This document shows positions 54,416-63,534 of a stretch of 64,000 nt of DNA, piece by piece. The notes beneath the pieces are model-generated. The model saw nothing but the letters and a program-made list of their open reading frames with translations. It did no database searches and was not told the DNA's origin. Within the stretch, counting starts at the first letter, position 1, and each line of letters begins with the position of its first letter. The stretch is from Dehalococcoidia bacterium (lineage in GTDB: Bacteria > Chloroflexota > Dehalococcoidia > Bin125): positions 320,001 through 384,000 of the forward strand of contig CAXXRD010000002.1 of assembly GCA_963663895.2 (NCBI GenBank). The letters are read 5' to 3'. Position numbers and translations under genes: made by a program.

Positions 54416-55900
54416 TGCCTTCCGATAGTAGTGCCCGCATGAGCGTCGTATTGTGTGTACTTGGCGATCCTGTGATCAGACGCCGCTACGAAGACGATTT
54501 CGCTCACTAGGAGGGATTGCGATGGCGGAAGAGCTCGTATTCGCAGTCGGTAAGGGCGGGGCTCAGCGAGCTCAAGCGATCAGCCTCGCGGAAGCCGGCC
54601 TTCGTGAGCGATCTGACTTGCAGGAATGGGTTCGCACGAATCCTGAAATCTTGGGGCCTGACATCCGCATCGTTACCTTTGAGTTCAGCGGCTGGCAGAG
54701 TCGTGTAGGTACCGCTTCAGACCGTCTCGACTTGTTAGGGATCGACGCGGATGGTCGACTGGTCGTTGCTGAATTGAAGCGCGGGCCGGCACCCGATACA
54801 ACTGAGATGCAGGCGATCAAGTACGCCGCGTTCGCCTCACGTTTCACCTCCGAGCAACTTGCTGAAAGCCACGCGAATTACCTCACCAAGGTAGAGGGAA
54901 CAGCGATAGCTGCCGACGACGCCCAAGCGTTGCTGGAAGAACACATTGAGGGTGCACTCGAACAAGACCTGCTCCGGCGACCACGAATCATCTTGCTGGC
55001 AACGGCCTTCAGTCCGCAAGTCACTGCCAGCGCGGTATGGCTCACAGAAATGGGCGTGGATATCGAGTTGATCGAGTTCAGCGCCCATCGCACAGAGCGT
55101 GACCTGATCCTAACTGTCACATCGGTATGGCCGGTGAGTGATGTCGAAGAGTTCACCGTAAGACCAGGACGGGACAAACAACGGGCAGCGGTCGAGCGAT
55201 CTCAGGGACGGCGAGAGGCTAACGCGGTAACCACACTCATCGCTGAGCAGACGCTTCCGGATAGCGAACGACTGGAGCTTAGATGGACAGCACTCCCGTT
55301 GCCGGTACGTGATGCAGTGCAGGAATGGATTCGCACCGATCGTCAACGAGGACGTGCTACTTGGCGGAACAAGCTCCGCAGGCCGTTGGTGTGGAAACCC
55401 GATGGTACTTTTTGGAGTCCCACAGGCCTCGCTAGACACATCATTAGCGAAGCATCTGGTGAGAAGTACCGATCAGCGTTGCCAGGGCCACGACTATGGA
55501 TCACGGAGGATGGAACGAGTCTTGCCGAGTTGGCCGGCTTCGGACGGAACTGGCCTGAAATCCATCGTCTACTAGCACTCGTTCAGCCGGGAACGTGGAC
55601 GACCTCCGGGGATCTGGCAGAGGTGATTGGCCGATCCGCCCGAGCCGTAGGTCGGCATGTGACAGAGTGCTGGAAGTGCCCGGCCGCCCACCGCGTACTG
55701 ACCAGCGACGGCAAGATAGCCCACGACTTCCGATGGACCACCGACCTGGAGGACGTTCGCGATCCGCGCGAGGTGCTGGAAAGCGAAGGTGTGAAGTTCC
55801 AGGATGGCGTGGCGAACGCAGAGCAGCGTGTCACAGCCGATGACTTCGCGAGCCTTCGTGAACAGTCGGCAAGCGTGGCTGCTCATGGAGCGTGATTACC
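54416..55900. mobile_element. 1.5-kb single-gene islet between tRNA-Ser and a duplicate of its 5' half
   Basis: Flanked by 45-bp identical repeats 54371-54415 and 55901-55945; lower GC; no integrase inside. Confidence 0.75.
54522..55895 (+). CDS. NucS/EndoMS-like PD-(D/E)XK nuclease fused to a putative RAMA-like domain and an alkyltransferase-like (MGMT DNA-binding) domain
   Basis: ERSDLQEW, RLDLLGID, VVAELKR, QAIKYA; WSPTGLA...GPRLW; PGTWTTSGDLAEVIGRSARAVG...PAAHRV...LESEGV; SD aggaggg. Confidence 0.75.
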   Translation: MAEELVFAVGKGGAQRAQAISLAEAGLRERSDLQEWVRTNPEILGPDIRIVTFEFSGWQSRVGTASDRLDLLGIDADGRLVVAELKRGPAPDTTEMQAIKYAAFASRFTSEQLAESHANYLTKVEGTAIAADDAQALLEEHIEGALEQDLLRRPRIILLATAFSPQVTASAVWLTEMGVDIELIEFSAHRTERDLILTVTSVWPVSDVEEFTVRPGRDKQRAAVERSQGRREANAVTTLIAEQTLPDSERLELRWTALPLPVRDAVQEWIRTDRQRGRATWRNKLRRPLVWKPDGTFWSPTGLARHIISEASGEKYRSALPGPRLWITEDGTSLAELAGFGRNWPEIHRLLALVQPGTWTTSGDLAEVIGRSARAVGRHVTECWKCPAAHRVLTSDGKIAHDFRWTTDLEDVRDPREVLESEGVKFQDGVANAEQRVTADDFASLREQSASVAAHGA

Positions 55901-55945
55901 GCGGTTTTCAAGACCGCCGCAATCAGCCGCTCTGCCACCCCTCCG
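55901..55945 (-). repeat. Duplicate 5' half of tRNA-Ser (5' end through anticodon arm)
   Basis: gcggttttcaagaccgccgcaatcagccgctctgccacccctccg identical to 54371-54415. Confidence 0.95.
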
Positions 55946-56024
55946 CGCTTCCATCGTAGTCCCTCGTAACCCAACCCTTGCGCCACGTCTGGGGTAGAGT
56001 CATGCGGCGCCGAGCAGCGGGAGA

Positions 56025-57614
56025 ATGCGGTTCGTGGTCGATCTGCTCATCAGCAACGGCACCATCATCGACGGCAGCGGCGAGCCGGGATTCGCCGGCA
56101 CGGTCATCGTCGACGGCGACACGCTGGCCGTACGCCGCGGCGGGGCCGCTGAGCTGCGCGCGGCGCGGTCGATCGACGCGAGGGGCCGCGTCGTCTGCCC
56201 CGGCTTCATCGACCTCCACTCGCACGCCGGGCTGACCATCCTCGGCGCCCCCGAGCATGAGCCCAAGGTGCGGCAGGGCGTCACGACCGAGCTGATCGGG
56301 GTCGACGGGATCTCGCACGCGCCGTTCAAGAGCGCGGCGGAGCGCGACCGCTTCATCTGGATGGACTGCGGTCTGAACAGCTATCCCCCGGCGCCGGCGG
56401 ATTGGCTGACCGTCGCCGACCTCCTGCAGAAGCTCGACAACGCCGTCGCGGTCAACATGGCCTTCATCCTGGGCAACGCGCCGCTGCGCATCTGGGCGGT
56501 CGGGTGGGAAGAGCGGCCGGCAACGGAGCGGGAGATCGCGGAGATGCGTTCGGTGCTGCGCGAAGCGAACGAGGACGGCGCCTGGGCGCTCTCGTCGGGG
56601 CTCGATTATCCGCCGGGCTCGTACGCGGACAGCCAGGAGCTGGCGGCTTTGATGGCGGAGGCGGCTCCCTTCGGCGGCTTCTACCACACACATACGCGCT
56701 CGCAGCTTCGCCGCCGGGGAGCGCTGCGGCCCTGGGAAGAGGCGCTTGACATCGGGCGCATGAGCGGGGGCGCCGTCCACTTCACGCACTACTATCAGCC
56801 GCTCGGCAGTCCGGCCCCGGCCGAGGCGTATCTGGGCCTCGTCGATGCCGCTCGCACGGAGGGAGGCGATGTCACCTTCGATTGCTACACCTACCCGTAC
56901 TCCTCCACGACCGCCACGATCTTGATCCCCAGCTGGGCCAAGAACGGCGGCCCCGAGCGCCTCATGGAGGCGCTGCGCAACCCCAACGAGCGCGCGCGGA
57001 TCAAGGAGGCGCTGACCAGCAAGGACCGGGTATTGCGCTGGGAGGTCGGCTGGCTGACCTCGTTCCGCCGGCCGGAGAACGCTCCCTACGACGGACGGCT
57101 CATCCCGGAGATCGCGGCGATGCGCCAGCAGGAGCCGGCCGAGGCGCTGCTGGACCTCCTCCTTGAGGAGGAGCTGCACGTGACTTGGGTCGGGGCCTGG
57201 GTGACCGAAGCCACGATCCCGCACTTCGTGGCCCATCCCCAAGGGATGATCGCCAGCGATGCGATCGTCTTCGGCGATCGGCCCAGCCCCCGAACCTACG
57301 GCTGTTTCCCCCTGGTACTGGGCCGCTTCGTCCGCGAGGAGGGCCATCTCTCCCTGCCGGAGGCCATCCGCAAGATGACCTCGACCCCCGCCCGGCGCCT
57401 GGGCCTCCGCGACCGCGGTCTCCTGCGCGACGGCTATAAGGCGGACATCGTGATCTTCGACCCGGAAGCGGTCGATGCGCGGGCAACCCGGCAGACGCCG
57501 CGCGCCTACCCGGCCGGGATCGACTACGTCATCGTCAACGGCCGGGTCGTCATTGAGCGCGGCACGCATACCGGCGCCCTGCCGGGACGCGCGTTGCGCC
57601 GCGGTCGGGACTAG
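56025..57614 (+). CDS. N-acyl-D-amino-acid deacylase family amidohydrolase
   Basis: CPGFIDLHSH, QGVTTE, SSGLDYPPG, DCYTYPYSST, PRTYGCFP, RKMTS, GYKADIV. Confidence 0.9.
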   Translation: MRFVVDLLISNGTIIDGSGEPGFAGTVIVDGDTLAVRRGGAAELRAARSIDARGRVVCPGFIDLHSHAGLTILGAPEHEPKVRQGVTTELIGVDGISHAPFKSAAERDRFIWMDCGLNSYPPAPADWLTVADLLQKLDNAVAVNMAFILGNAPLRIWAVGWEERPATEREIAEMRSVLREANEDGAWALSSGLDYPPGSYADSQELAALMAEAAPFGGFYHTHTRSQLRRRGALRPWEEALDIGRMSGGAVHFTHYYQPLGSPAPAEAYLGLVDAARTEGGDVTFDCYTYPYSSTTATILIPSWAKNGGPERLMEALRNPNERARIKEALTSKDRVLRWEVGWLTSFRRPENAPYDGRLIPEIAAMRQQEPAEALLDLLLEEELHVTWVGAWVTEATIPHFVAHPQGMIASDAIVFGDRPSPRTYGCFPLVLGRFVREEGHLSLPEAIRKMTSTPARRLGLRDRGLLRDGYKADIVIFDPEAVDARATRQTPRAYPAGIDYVIVNGRVVIERGTHTGALPGRALRRGRD

Positions 57615-57753
57615 GTCGGCGCGAACCCCGCGGCTTTCCCTCGGTTGCGAGGGGAGTGCAGCACAGGGCACGGGTTCCCGGCGCCCGTTCCAGTGTCAGC
57701 GATTATGCATCCCCATCGTTGCCTCCGCGGCAGTGCCCGGCATGCGCCCTGGG

Positions 57754-58560
57754 TTACTCGCCGGTGAACTGCGGAGCGCGCTTCTCGAAGAAGGCGGACG
57801 CTCCCTCAAGATTGTCCCGGGTCATGGCCGTCTGCACGAGCGCTTCGGTTTCGAAATCGAGGGCGGTCTCCAGCGATGCCTCCAGGCCGCGATCGAGCAT
57901 CGTTTTGTGCAGCTGCACTGCCAGCGGGGCGCGGCTGGCGATCCGCGCCGCCAGACGCCCCGCCTCTTCCCGCTCCGTGCCGGGCTCCACCACCCGGTTG
58001 ACGAGGCCGATGCGGTGCGCCTCCTCGGCATCGATGAACTCTCCCGTGTAGGCCAGCTCGCGGGCCTTGGCCAGTCCGATCTGGCGCGGCAAGAAATAGG
58101 TACCGCCGTTGGTGATCGTCACGCCGATGTTGACCTCGGGGAATCCGAACCGAGCATCGCGCCCCGCCACCACCAGATCGCAGGCCGCCACGGTCTCGCA
58201 GCCGGCGCCGAGCGCATAGCCCTGCACGGCCGCGATCACGGGACAATGCAGCCGCCGGATCCAACGGGCGCTGTCCTGCAAGGCCTGCTGCCAGCGGCGC
58301 AGCTGCGCTCCGCTCAGAGTGCCCGACGCGATCCCTTCGTTATGACTGCGGATCTCCTCCACATCATGTCCGGCGAGAAATGCCCGGCCTTCCCCTGCCA
58401 GCACCACGCAGCGCACGTCGCGATCGGCATCCACCTCGGCCAAGAGCTCGCACATGCGGCTCCAGCTCTCCACGGTCATCGCGTTAAGGCGCTCGGGACG
58501 GTTGAAGATCAGCCAGGCCAAGTGTCCTTCCCGGCGGATGAGGATGCGCTCTTCATTCAT
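57754..58560 (-). CDS. Enoyl-CoA hydratase/isomerase family protein
   Basis: NRPERLNA, AFLAGHD, GYALGAGCE, FGFPEVNIG, GLVNRVV. Confidence 0.92.
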   Translation of the reverse strand: MNEERILIRREGHLAWLIFNRPERLNAMTVESWSRMCELLAEVDADRDVRCVVLAGEGRAFLAGHDVEEIRSHNEGIASGTLSGAQLRRWQQALQDSARWIRRLHCPVIAAVQGYALGAGCETVAACDLVVAGRDARFGFPEVNIGVTITNGGTYFLPRQIGLAKARELAYTGEFIDAEEAHRIGLVNRVVEPGTEREEAGRLAARIASRAPLAVQLHKTMLDRGLEASLETALDFETEALVQTAMTRDNLEGASAFFEKRAPQFTGE

Positions 58561-58671
58561 GCGGATGCTCCCTCTCTCTCCATCTCGGCGGTGAGCACGG
58601 TGCAGGCTTGCGCTCTCACTGGGCGGCGGAAAGCCTGCTCGCGCTTGAATCTCTCCCAAGAGGTACGAAGT

Positions 58672-59151
58672 CTAGGTCACGCGCACCACGCACCCACCGG
58701 TGAGCGCCTCGAGATCAGACGGAGTGAGCCGGAAGACGGCGTGGGACGTACCAGCGGCCGCCCAGATCTCGTCGTATCGCCGGAGGTCCTCGTCGATGAA
58801 GACATCCATGGGCGACGCATGCCCAACCGGGGGCACGCCGCCGATGCTGAAGCCGGTTCGCGCTCGCACGAATTCCGCCGTCGCCAGCGTGATCCGTTCC
58901 CCGACCAGAGCGGAGACGGCCTCGCTGTTCACGCGATTGGTCCCGCTCGCGATCACCAAGAGGGGTGCATCCGATTGCCGGCGATGGAAGACGAGTGATT
59001 TAGCGATCTGCGACACCTCGCAGCCGATTGCGCTCGCTGCCTCCGCAGCCGTCCGAGTGCTCGCCGGCAGCTCCCGGACTTCCAGTTCCATTCCGGCGGC
59101 GGCGATCACGTCCTGGACGCGCTGGGCCCTGACACTCAGCTTCCCCATCAT
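58672..59151 (-). CDS. YbaK/EbsC family aminoacyl-tRNA deacylase
   Basis: TAAEAA, IAKSLVF, TGFSIGGVPPVGH, WAAAG. Confidence 0.92.
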   Translation of the reverse strand: MMGKLSVRAQRVQDVIAAAGMELEVRELPASTRTAAEAASAIGCEVSQIAKSLVFHRRQSDAPLLVIASGTNRVNSEAVSALVGERITLATAEFVRARTGFSIGGVPPVGHASPMDVFIDEDLRRYDEIWAAAGTSHAVFRLTPSDLEALTGGCVVRVT

Positions 59152-59342
59152 CGATCTCGTTTCGTCCTCGGACCGGCCAGGATGGAAGGCCCCGCGCTTG
59201 CGCGGTTTCCCCTCGGCAGGATCGCCATGTTAGTCTCCGTTGGTGGGCTGCGCGCCCCGCGGAATGGGCGCGCTTCCTCACAGTTTCCAGCGATTCGCGT
59301 TTCCGGATACTCGCGGAGCGCGGCGTTTCCGGAGGAGGTACG

Positions 59343-60707
59343 ATGCGCGAGTCAGACTATCACCACGAGACCTCTCGGCTGAGAGACTGGCGGCTCGGCT
59401 TGAGCCGGCCCGCCCTGCTGTTGATCGCGGCGTTGGCGATGGTCGCGCTGGTCGCCGCGGCCTGTGGCGACGACGAGGAGACCGCGCCTGCGGCGCCCGA
59501 AGCACCCAGCGCCCAGACCCTGGATACGGGAGACGCCGCGCCGGTCAGCGCGGGCCCGCTACGCATCGGCTTCCTAGCGGACTTCTCGGGGCCGATCGCG
59601 GAGTTCGGGCCGCCTATCCAGACCGGCGTCGATCTGGCGATCAAGCACATCAATGCCGGCGGCGGCGTCCTGGGTCAGGACGTGATCCTGGCGGCCACGG
59701 GCGACACCATGTTGGATCCGGTGCAGGGCGCGGAGGAAGCCCGCCGGCTGATTGATATCGAAGGCGTCCACGCCATCGTCGGGCCGCTCGCCAGCGACGT
59801 AACCGTGCCGGTGGGCGAGAGCGTCATCGGCCCCGCCGGGATTCCCACGATCTCGCCATCCGCGACGGCGCCGGCGATCACGGTAGTGAACGACAACGGC
59901 TTCCTTTTCCGCAGCACCACCTCGGACGCGGCGCAGGGGCCTGTCCTCGCGCAGCTGGCGACGGACGAAGGCTTCGACAACGTCGGCGTGCTCTTCGTCA
60001 ACGATCCGTACGGCCAAGGGCTTTCCGAAGCTTTTGTCGAGGCCTTTGAGGGCAGGGCAACCGCCGCATCCTACGAGGGTGAGCAGGCGACCTACCTGGC
60101 TGAGCTGCAAGCGGCCGCGGCCAACGGCGCCCGCGTGCTCGTCGCAATCGGATTCCCAACCGAAGCGATGGTCTACGTCCGGGAGGCGCTGGAGAACGAT
60201 CTATTCGACCAGTTCCTCTTCGTCGACGGGACCCGCAGCCCGGAACTCATCGACGCGATCGGGGCCGAGTTCCTCAACGGCTCCAAGGGCACCGCGCCCG
60301 TCGGCGGTCCCGGCACAGCGAGTCGTCAGGCGTGGGAAGCCGCCTACATCGCCGAATACGGCGACGACGTGTTCTCGAGAGTGCCCTTCCTCGCCGAGGC
60401 GTACGACGCGGCGATCTGCCTCGCACTGGCCGCCGAAGCCGCCGGCTCGACCGACGGCGTGGCCATCCGCGACGCCTTGCCGCAGGTCTGCGGCGGCGGC
60501 GGCGAAGTCGCAACGGCCGGCGCCGAAGGCGTGGCCGCCGCGCTGGCCGCCGTGCGCGCCGGCAACACCATCAATTACGAGGGCGCCGCCACCAGCGTCG
60601 ACTGGGACGCCAACGGCGACGTGCTCACCGGCTTCATCGGTATCTGGCAATACCAGGACGGCACGATCGTCGACATTGAGGAGGTTCCGTTCGACCTGTC
60701 GAACTGA
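59343..60707 (+). CDS. Branched-chain amino-acid-type ABC substrate-binding lipoprotein
   Basis: Lipobox AAACG, INAGGGVLG, ISPSAT, FRSTTSD, YGQGL, YEGAA..DWDANGD; start may lie slightly downstream. Confidence 0.9.
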   Translation: MRESDYHHETSRLRDWRLGLSRPALLLIAALAMVALVAAACGDDEETAPAAPEAPSAQTLDTGDAAPVSAGPLRIGFLADFSGPIAEFGPPIQTGVDLAIKHINAGGGVLGQDVILAATGDTMLDPVQGAEEARRLIDIEGVHAIVGPLASDVTVPVGESVIGPAGIPTISPSATAPAITVVNDNGFLFRSTTSDAAQGPVLAQLATDEGFDNVGVLFVNDPYGQGLSEAFVEAFEGRATAASYEGEQATYLAELQAAAANGARVLVAIGFPTEAMVYVREALENDLFDQFLFVDGTRSPELIDAIGAEFLNGSKGTAPVGGPGTASRQAWEAAYIAEYGDDVFSRVPFLAEAYDAAICLALAAEAAGSTDGVAIRDALPQVCGGGGEVATAGAEGVAAALAAVRAGNTINYEGAATSVDWDANGDVLTGFIGIWQYQDGTIVDIEEVPFDLSN

Positions 60708-60727
60708 CCTCCACAATGTGTAACGCG

Positions 60728-60761
60728 AAGCGAGCGGCTCGGATGAGCCGCTCGCTTTATT
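60728..60761 (+). terminator. Intrinsic terminator between convergent genes
   Basis: 13-bp perfect stem aagcgagcggctc-ggat-gagccgctcgctt followed by tatt. Confidence 0.75.
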
Positions 60762-60786
60762 CCCCTCACCGGTCCTCAACGCATCG

Positions 60787-61893
60787 TCACGCCTCATGTG
60801 AGGAGCGGGACCCGGGACCGGAGAAGCGAGACCACAGGCTTGGCCAACGTCCTCCATCAGAGCCAGCGTCGGTGACGAAGCGACTAACACGCCGCCGCTC
60901 GGGCAAGATTCCTTGCGGCCGCGCGACCACGAAAACGACGATTAACAGTCCGATCACTAGCTGCCGAATCATGAACACTCGGTTGCCCAAGGAGTCCGGC
61001 AAATCCTCTTGAATCAAGGGGGTCCCGAACCAGAAGAAGCCCACCAAGAGCGCGCCCAAGAGCGCGCCGCGGTTATTGCCGCTGCCGCCCACCATCAGCA
61101 TCGCCCAGACGAGGAACGTGCCCAGCAGGTCACTGAATGAGGTCGGCGCGATCGCGCCGAAGCGGTGCGCGAAGATCGCCCCGCCGAGCCCCATGATCAT
61201 CCCGCCCAGCACAAAACTCTGCATGCGGAAGCTGACCGTGTTCTTGCCCGCCGCTTTGGCCGTGTCCTCGTTCTCGCGGATCGCGCGCAGTACCCGACCC
61301 CAGGGTGAGGCCGTCGTTCGCTGCAAGACCAGATACACAACCAGCAGCATCACCAATGCGATGCCCAAGAGCACCCAGCGGTAGTCTTCCCCGCTCGCAA
61401 GCTCATCCAAGAAGCGAGGGATCCCACTCAAGCCGCTGGAGCGATTGACTAGTCCTTCGATCGAATTGGCGATACTGCGCAGGATGGCGGCTATGCCGAT
61501 CGTCGCGATCGCGAGGAAGTCGTGACGGAGGCGCAGCGTCGGCAAGCCGACGATCAGCGCCAGCGCCCCCGCCGCCCCCATGCCCGCCAACCAGCCAATG
61601 GGAACGGGCAAACCGAAGCCGCCGGCATAGTCGAGAACCCCCGTCACCTCGGCACCGGACGTGGTGACCGTGACGGCCTCCGGGTGGGGAAGGGTCAGCA
61701 GGGCACTGGTATAGGCGCCCACCATGAAGAACGCCACGACGCCGAAATTGAATACGCCCGTGTAGCCCCATTGAAGGTTGAGCCCCAGCGCTACGATGCC
61801 GAAGATGGCGACCGTCGTCAGGAAGCCCACCGTCCAATTGACGGCGCCGCCGAAAGTCACCAGTACGATCAGGTCGATGGCGAAGAGATCCAC
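60787..61893 (-). CDS. livM: Branched-chain amino-acid ABC permease (LivM-like)
   Basis: LGLNLQWGYTG, LRLRHDFLAIAT, SPWGRVLRAIRENE, GGSGN. Confidence 0.88.
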   Translation of the reverse strand: MDLFAIDLIVLVTFGGAVNWTVGFLTTVAIFGIVALGLNLQWGYTGVFNFGVVAFFMVGAYTSALLTLPHPEAVTVTTSGAEVTGVLDYAGGFGLPVPIGWLAGMGAAGALALIVGLPTLRLRHDFLAIATIGIAAILRSIANSIEGLVNRSSGLSGIPRFLDELASGEDYRWVLLGIALVMLLVVYLVLQRTTASPWGRVLRAIRENEDTAKAAGKNTVSFRMQSFVLGGMIMGLGGAIFAHRFGAIAPTSFSDLLGTFLVWAMLMVGGSGNNRGALLGALLVGFFWFGTPLIQEDLPDSLGNRVFMIRQLVIGLLIVVFVVARPQGILPERRRVSRFVTDAGSDGGRWPSLWSRFSGPGSRSSHEA

Positions 61894-61902
61894 AGGGGTC
61901 CT

Positions 61903-62805
61903 CTAGATCGTCGAGCCGAACAGCCCCCGTGGGCGCAGCAGCAACATCAGGATCAAAATCAGGAAGGGCACGGCAGGCTTCAGCCCCGTGTTGATCCACT
62001 CCGTCGAGACCTCCTGCGAGATCCCAACCACCATGCCCCCCACGAGCGCGCCCCAGGGATTGCCGATCCCGCCCAGGATCACGGCGGCGAACATCGGCAG
62101 GATCAGGTGGAAGCCGGCACTGAAGCGCAGCTGCGCTTGGATCCCCAGCATGATTCCCGCCACCGCGATGAGACAGCCGGCGATCACCCAGGTCCAGCGA
62201 CGGATCTGCTCCGTTTCGATCCCCGCGACCTCGGCTAAGTCGGGGTTGTCCGCGGTGGCGCGCATCGCCTTGCCCAGTTTGGTGCGATACAGCAGCAGAT
62301 AGACGACGACCACGAGCAGCAAGGTGAGCCCGAAAATGAAGAACTGGTCCGGTTTGACCTTGAGATCCCAGAAGATGGTCGTGGCCTCGTTGATGCCGGA
62401 CTGGTAGCGGAAGGCAGTGGGACCCCAGATCAGCTGCACGATCGCGCGCAAGCCGATGCCGATCCCCAGGCTTGCGACGGCCATCGTGATGAAACCGCCG
62501 CCGCGAGCGCGCAAGCGGCGGAAGACGAGCCAATCCAAGCCCAGTACGACCAGTGCGACCCCGGCCATGGCGACCAGCGCGGCCGGGATCATCCCCCAGC
62601 CGAAGGAGAGCGGACCGATCGCCCCCCCGTGGAGCCCCGCATCGACGACCACCGCGAACGCCAGGAACATCCCCAACGTCATCAGGTCGCCGTGGGCGAA
62701 GTTGGCGAACTTCAGCACGCCGTAGCTCAGGGTCAGCCCGATCGCCCCCAGCCCGATGATCGAGCCGGAGACGATGCCAACGATGACCAACTGTGCGATA
62801 TCCGT
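61903..62805 (-). CDS. livH: Branched-chain amino-acid ABC permease (LivH-like); SD-positioned start is ACG at 62805, alternative TTG at 62790
   Basis: GLTLSYGV, NFAHGD, GKAMRA, FAAVILGGIG, RPRGLFG. Confidence 0.88.
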   Translation of the reverse strand, partial: TDIAQLVIVGIVSGSIIGLGAIGLTLSYGVLKFANFAHGDLMTLGMFLAFAVVVDAGLHGGAIGPLSFGWGMIPAALVAMAGVALVVLGLDWLVFRRLRARGGGFITMAVASLGIGIGLRAIVQLIWGPTAFRYQSGINEATTIFWDLKVKPDQFFIFGLTLLLVVVVYLLLYRTKLGKAMRATADNPDLAEVAGIETEQIRRWTWVIAGCLIAVAGIMLGIQAQLRFSAGFHLILPMFAAVILGGIGNPWGALVGGMVVGISQEVSTEWINTGLKPAVPFLILILMLLLRPRGLFGSTI

Positions 62806-62814
62806 GGCGTGCTC

Positions 62815-63534
62815 CTATGCGGATGCGGTCTCTTGACCCAAGAAGAGCCGTCCCACATCCGGATTCGCCAATAGCTGCTCCCCGGGCTGCTCCAGCGCAT
62901 TGCGGCCCGCCACCAGCACGTAGCCGCGATCGGAGAGGCGCAGCGCTTCCTTGGCGTTCTGCTCCACCATCAGGATCGCGACGCCCTGCGCATTGATGGC
63001 GCGGATCCGCTCAAAGATTTGGCCGCGCATGCGCGGCGAGAGGCTCGCGGTCGGCTCGTCCAGGCAGAGCAGGACGGGGTCTAGCATCAAGGCGCGCCCG
63101 ATCGCGAGCATCTGTCGCTGCCCACCGGAAAGGTTGGCGGCGCGCTCGGCGGGACGGTGCTCGAGATCCGGGAAGAGGCGCAGGATCTCAGCGAGCCGCG
63201 CGGCCGTGCCGTGCCGGCGGCGATAGCCGCCCAGCTGGAGATTCTCGCGCACGTTCAGGGAAGGGAAGATGTTGGACGTCTGGGGAACAAGCGCCGCGCC
63301 GGCCGCGACCATCTTGGGCGCCGAGGCGCGCGTGACATCGCTGCCCTGAAAGGTAATCCGTCCCCTGGAGGGGCGCAGCAGGCCGAAGATGGTCTTGAGC
63401 AGGGTCGATTTGCCGGCACCGTTGGGTCCGATAATGGTGACGACCTCCGCATCGCCCACGCGGAGTGAGACGTCGTGGATGATCTCGGCGGCGCCGTAGC
63501 CAGCGCTGATCCCGTGCGCTTCCAACAGCGTCAC
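62815..63534 (-). CDS. livF: Branched-chain amino-acid ABC ATPase (LivF-like)
   Basis: GPNGAGKST, LSGGQRQMLAIGRALM, DEP, VEQN. Confidence 0.92.
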   Translation of the reverse strand: MTLLEAHGISAGYGAAEIIHDVSLRVGDAEVVTIIGPNGAGKSTLLKTIFGLLRPSRGRITFQGSDVTRASAPKMVAAGAALVPQTSNIFPSLNVRENLQLGGYRRRHGTAARLAEILRLFPDLEHRPAERAANLSGGQRQMLAIGRALMLDPVLLCLDEPTASLSPRMRGQIFERIRAINAQGVAILMVEQNAKEALRLSDRGYVLVAGRNALEQPGEQLLANPDVGRLFLGQETASA

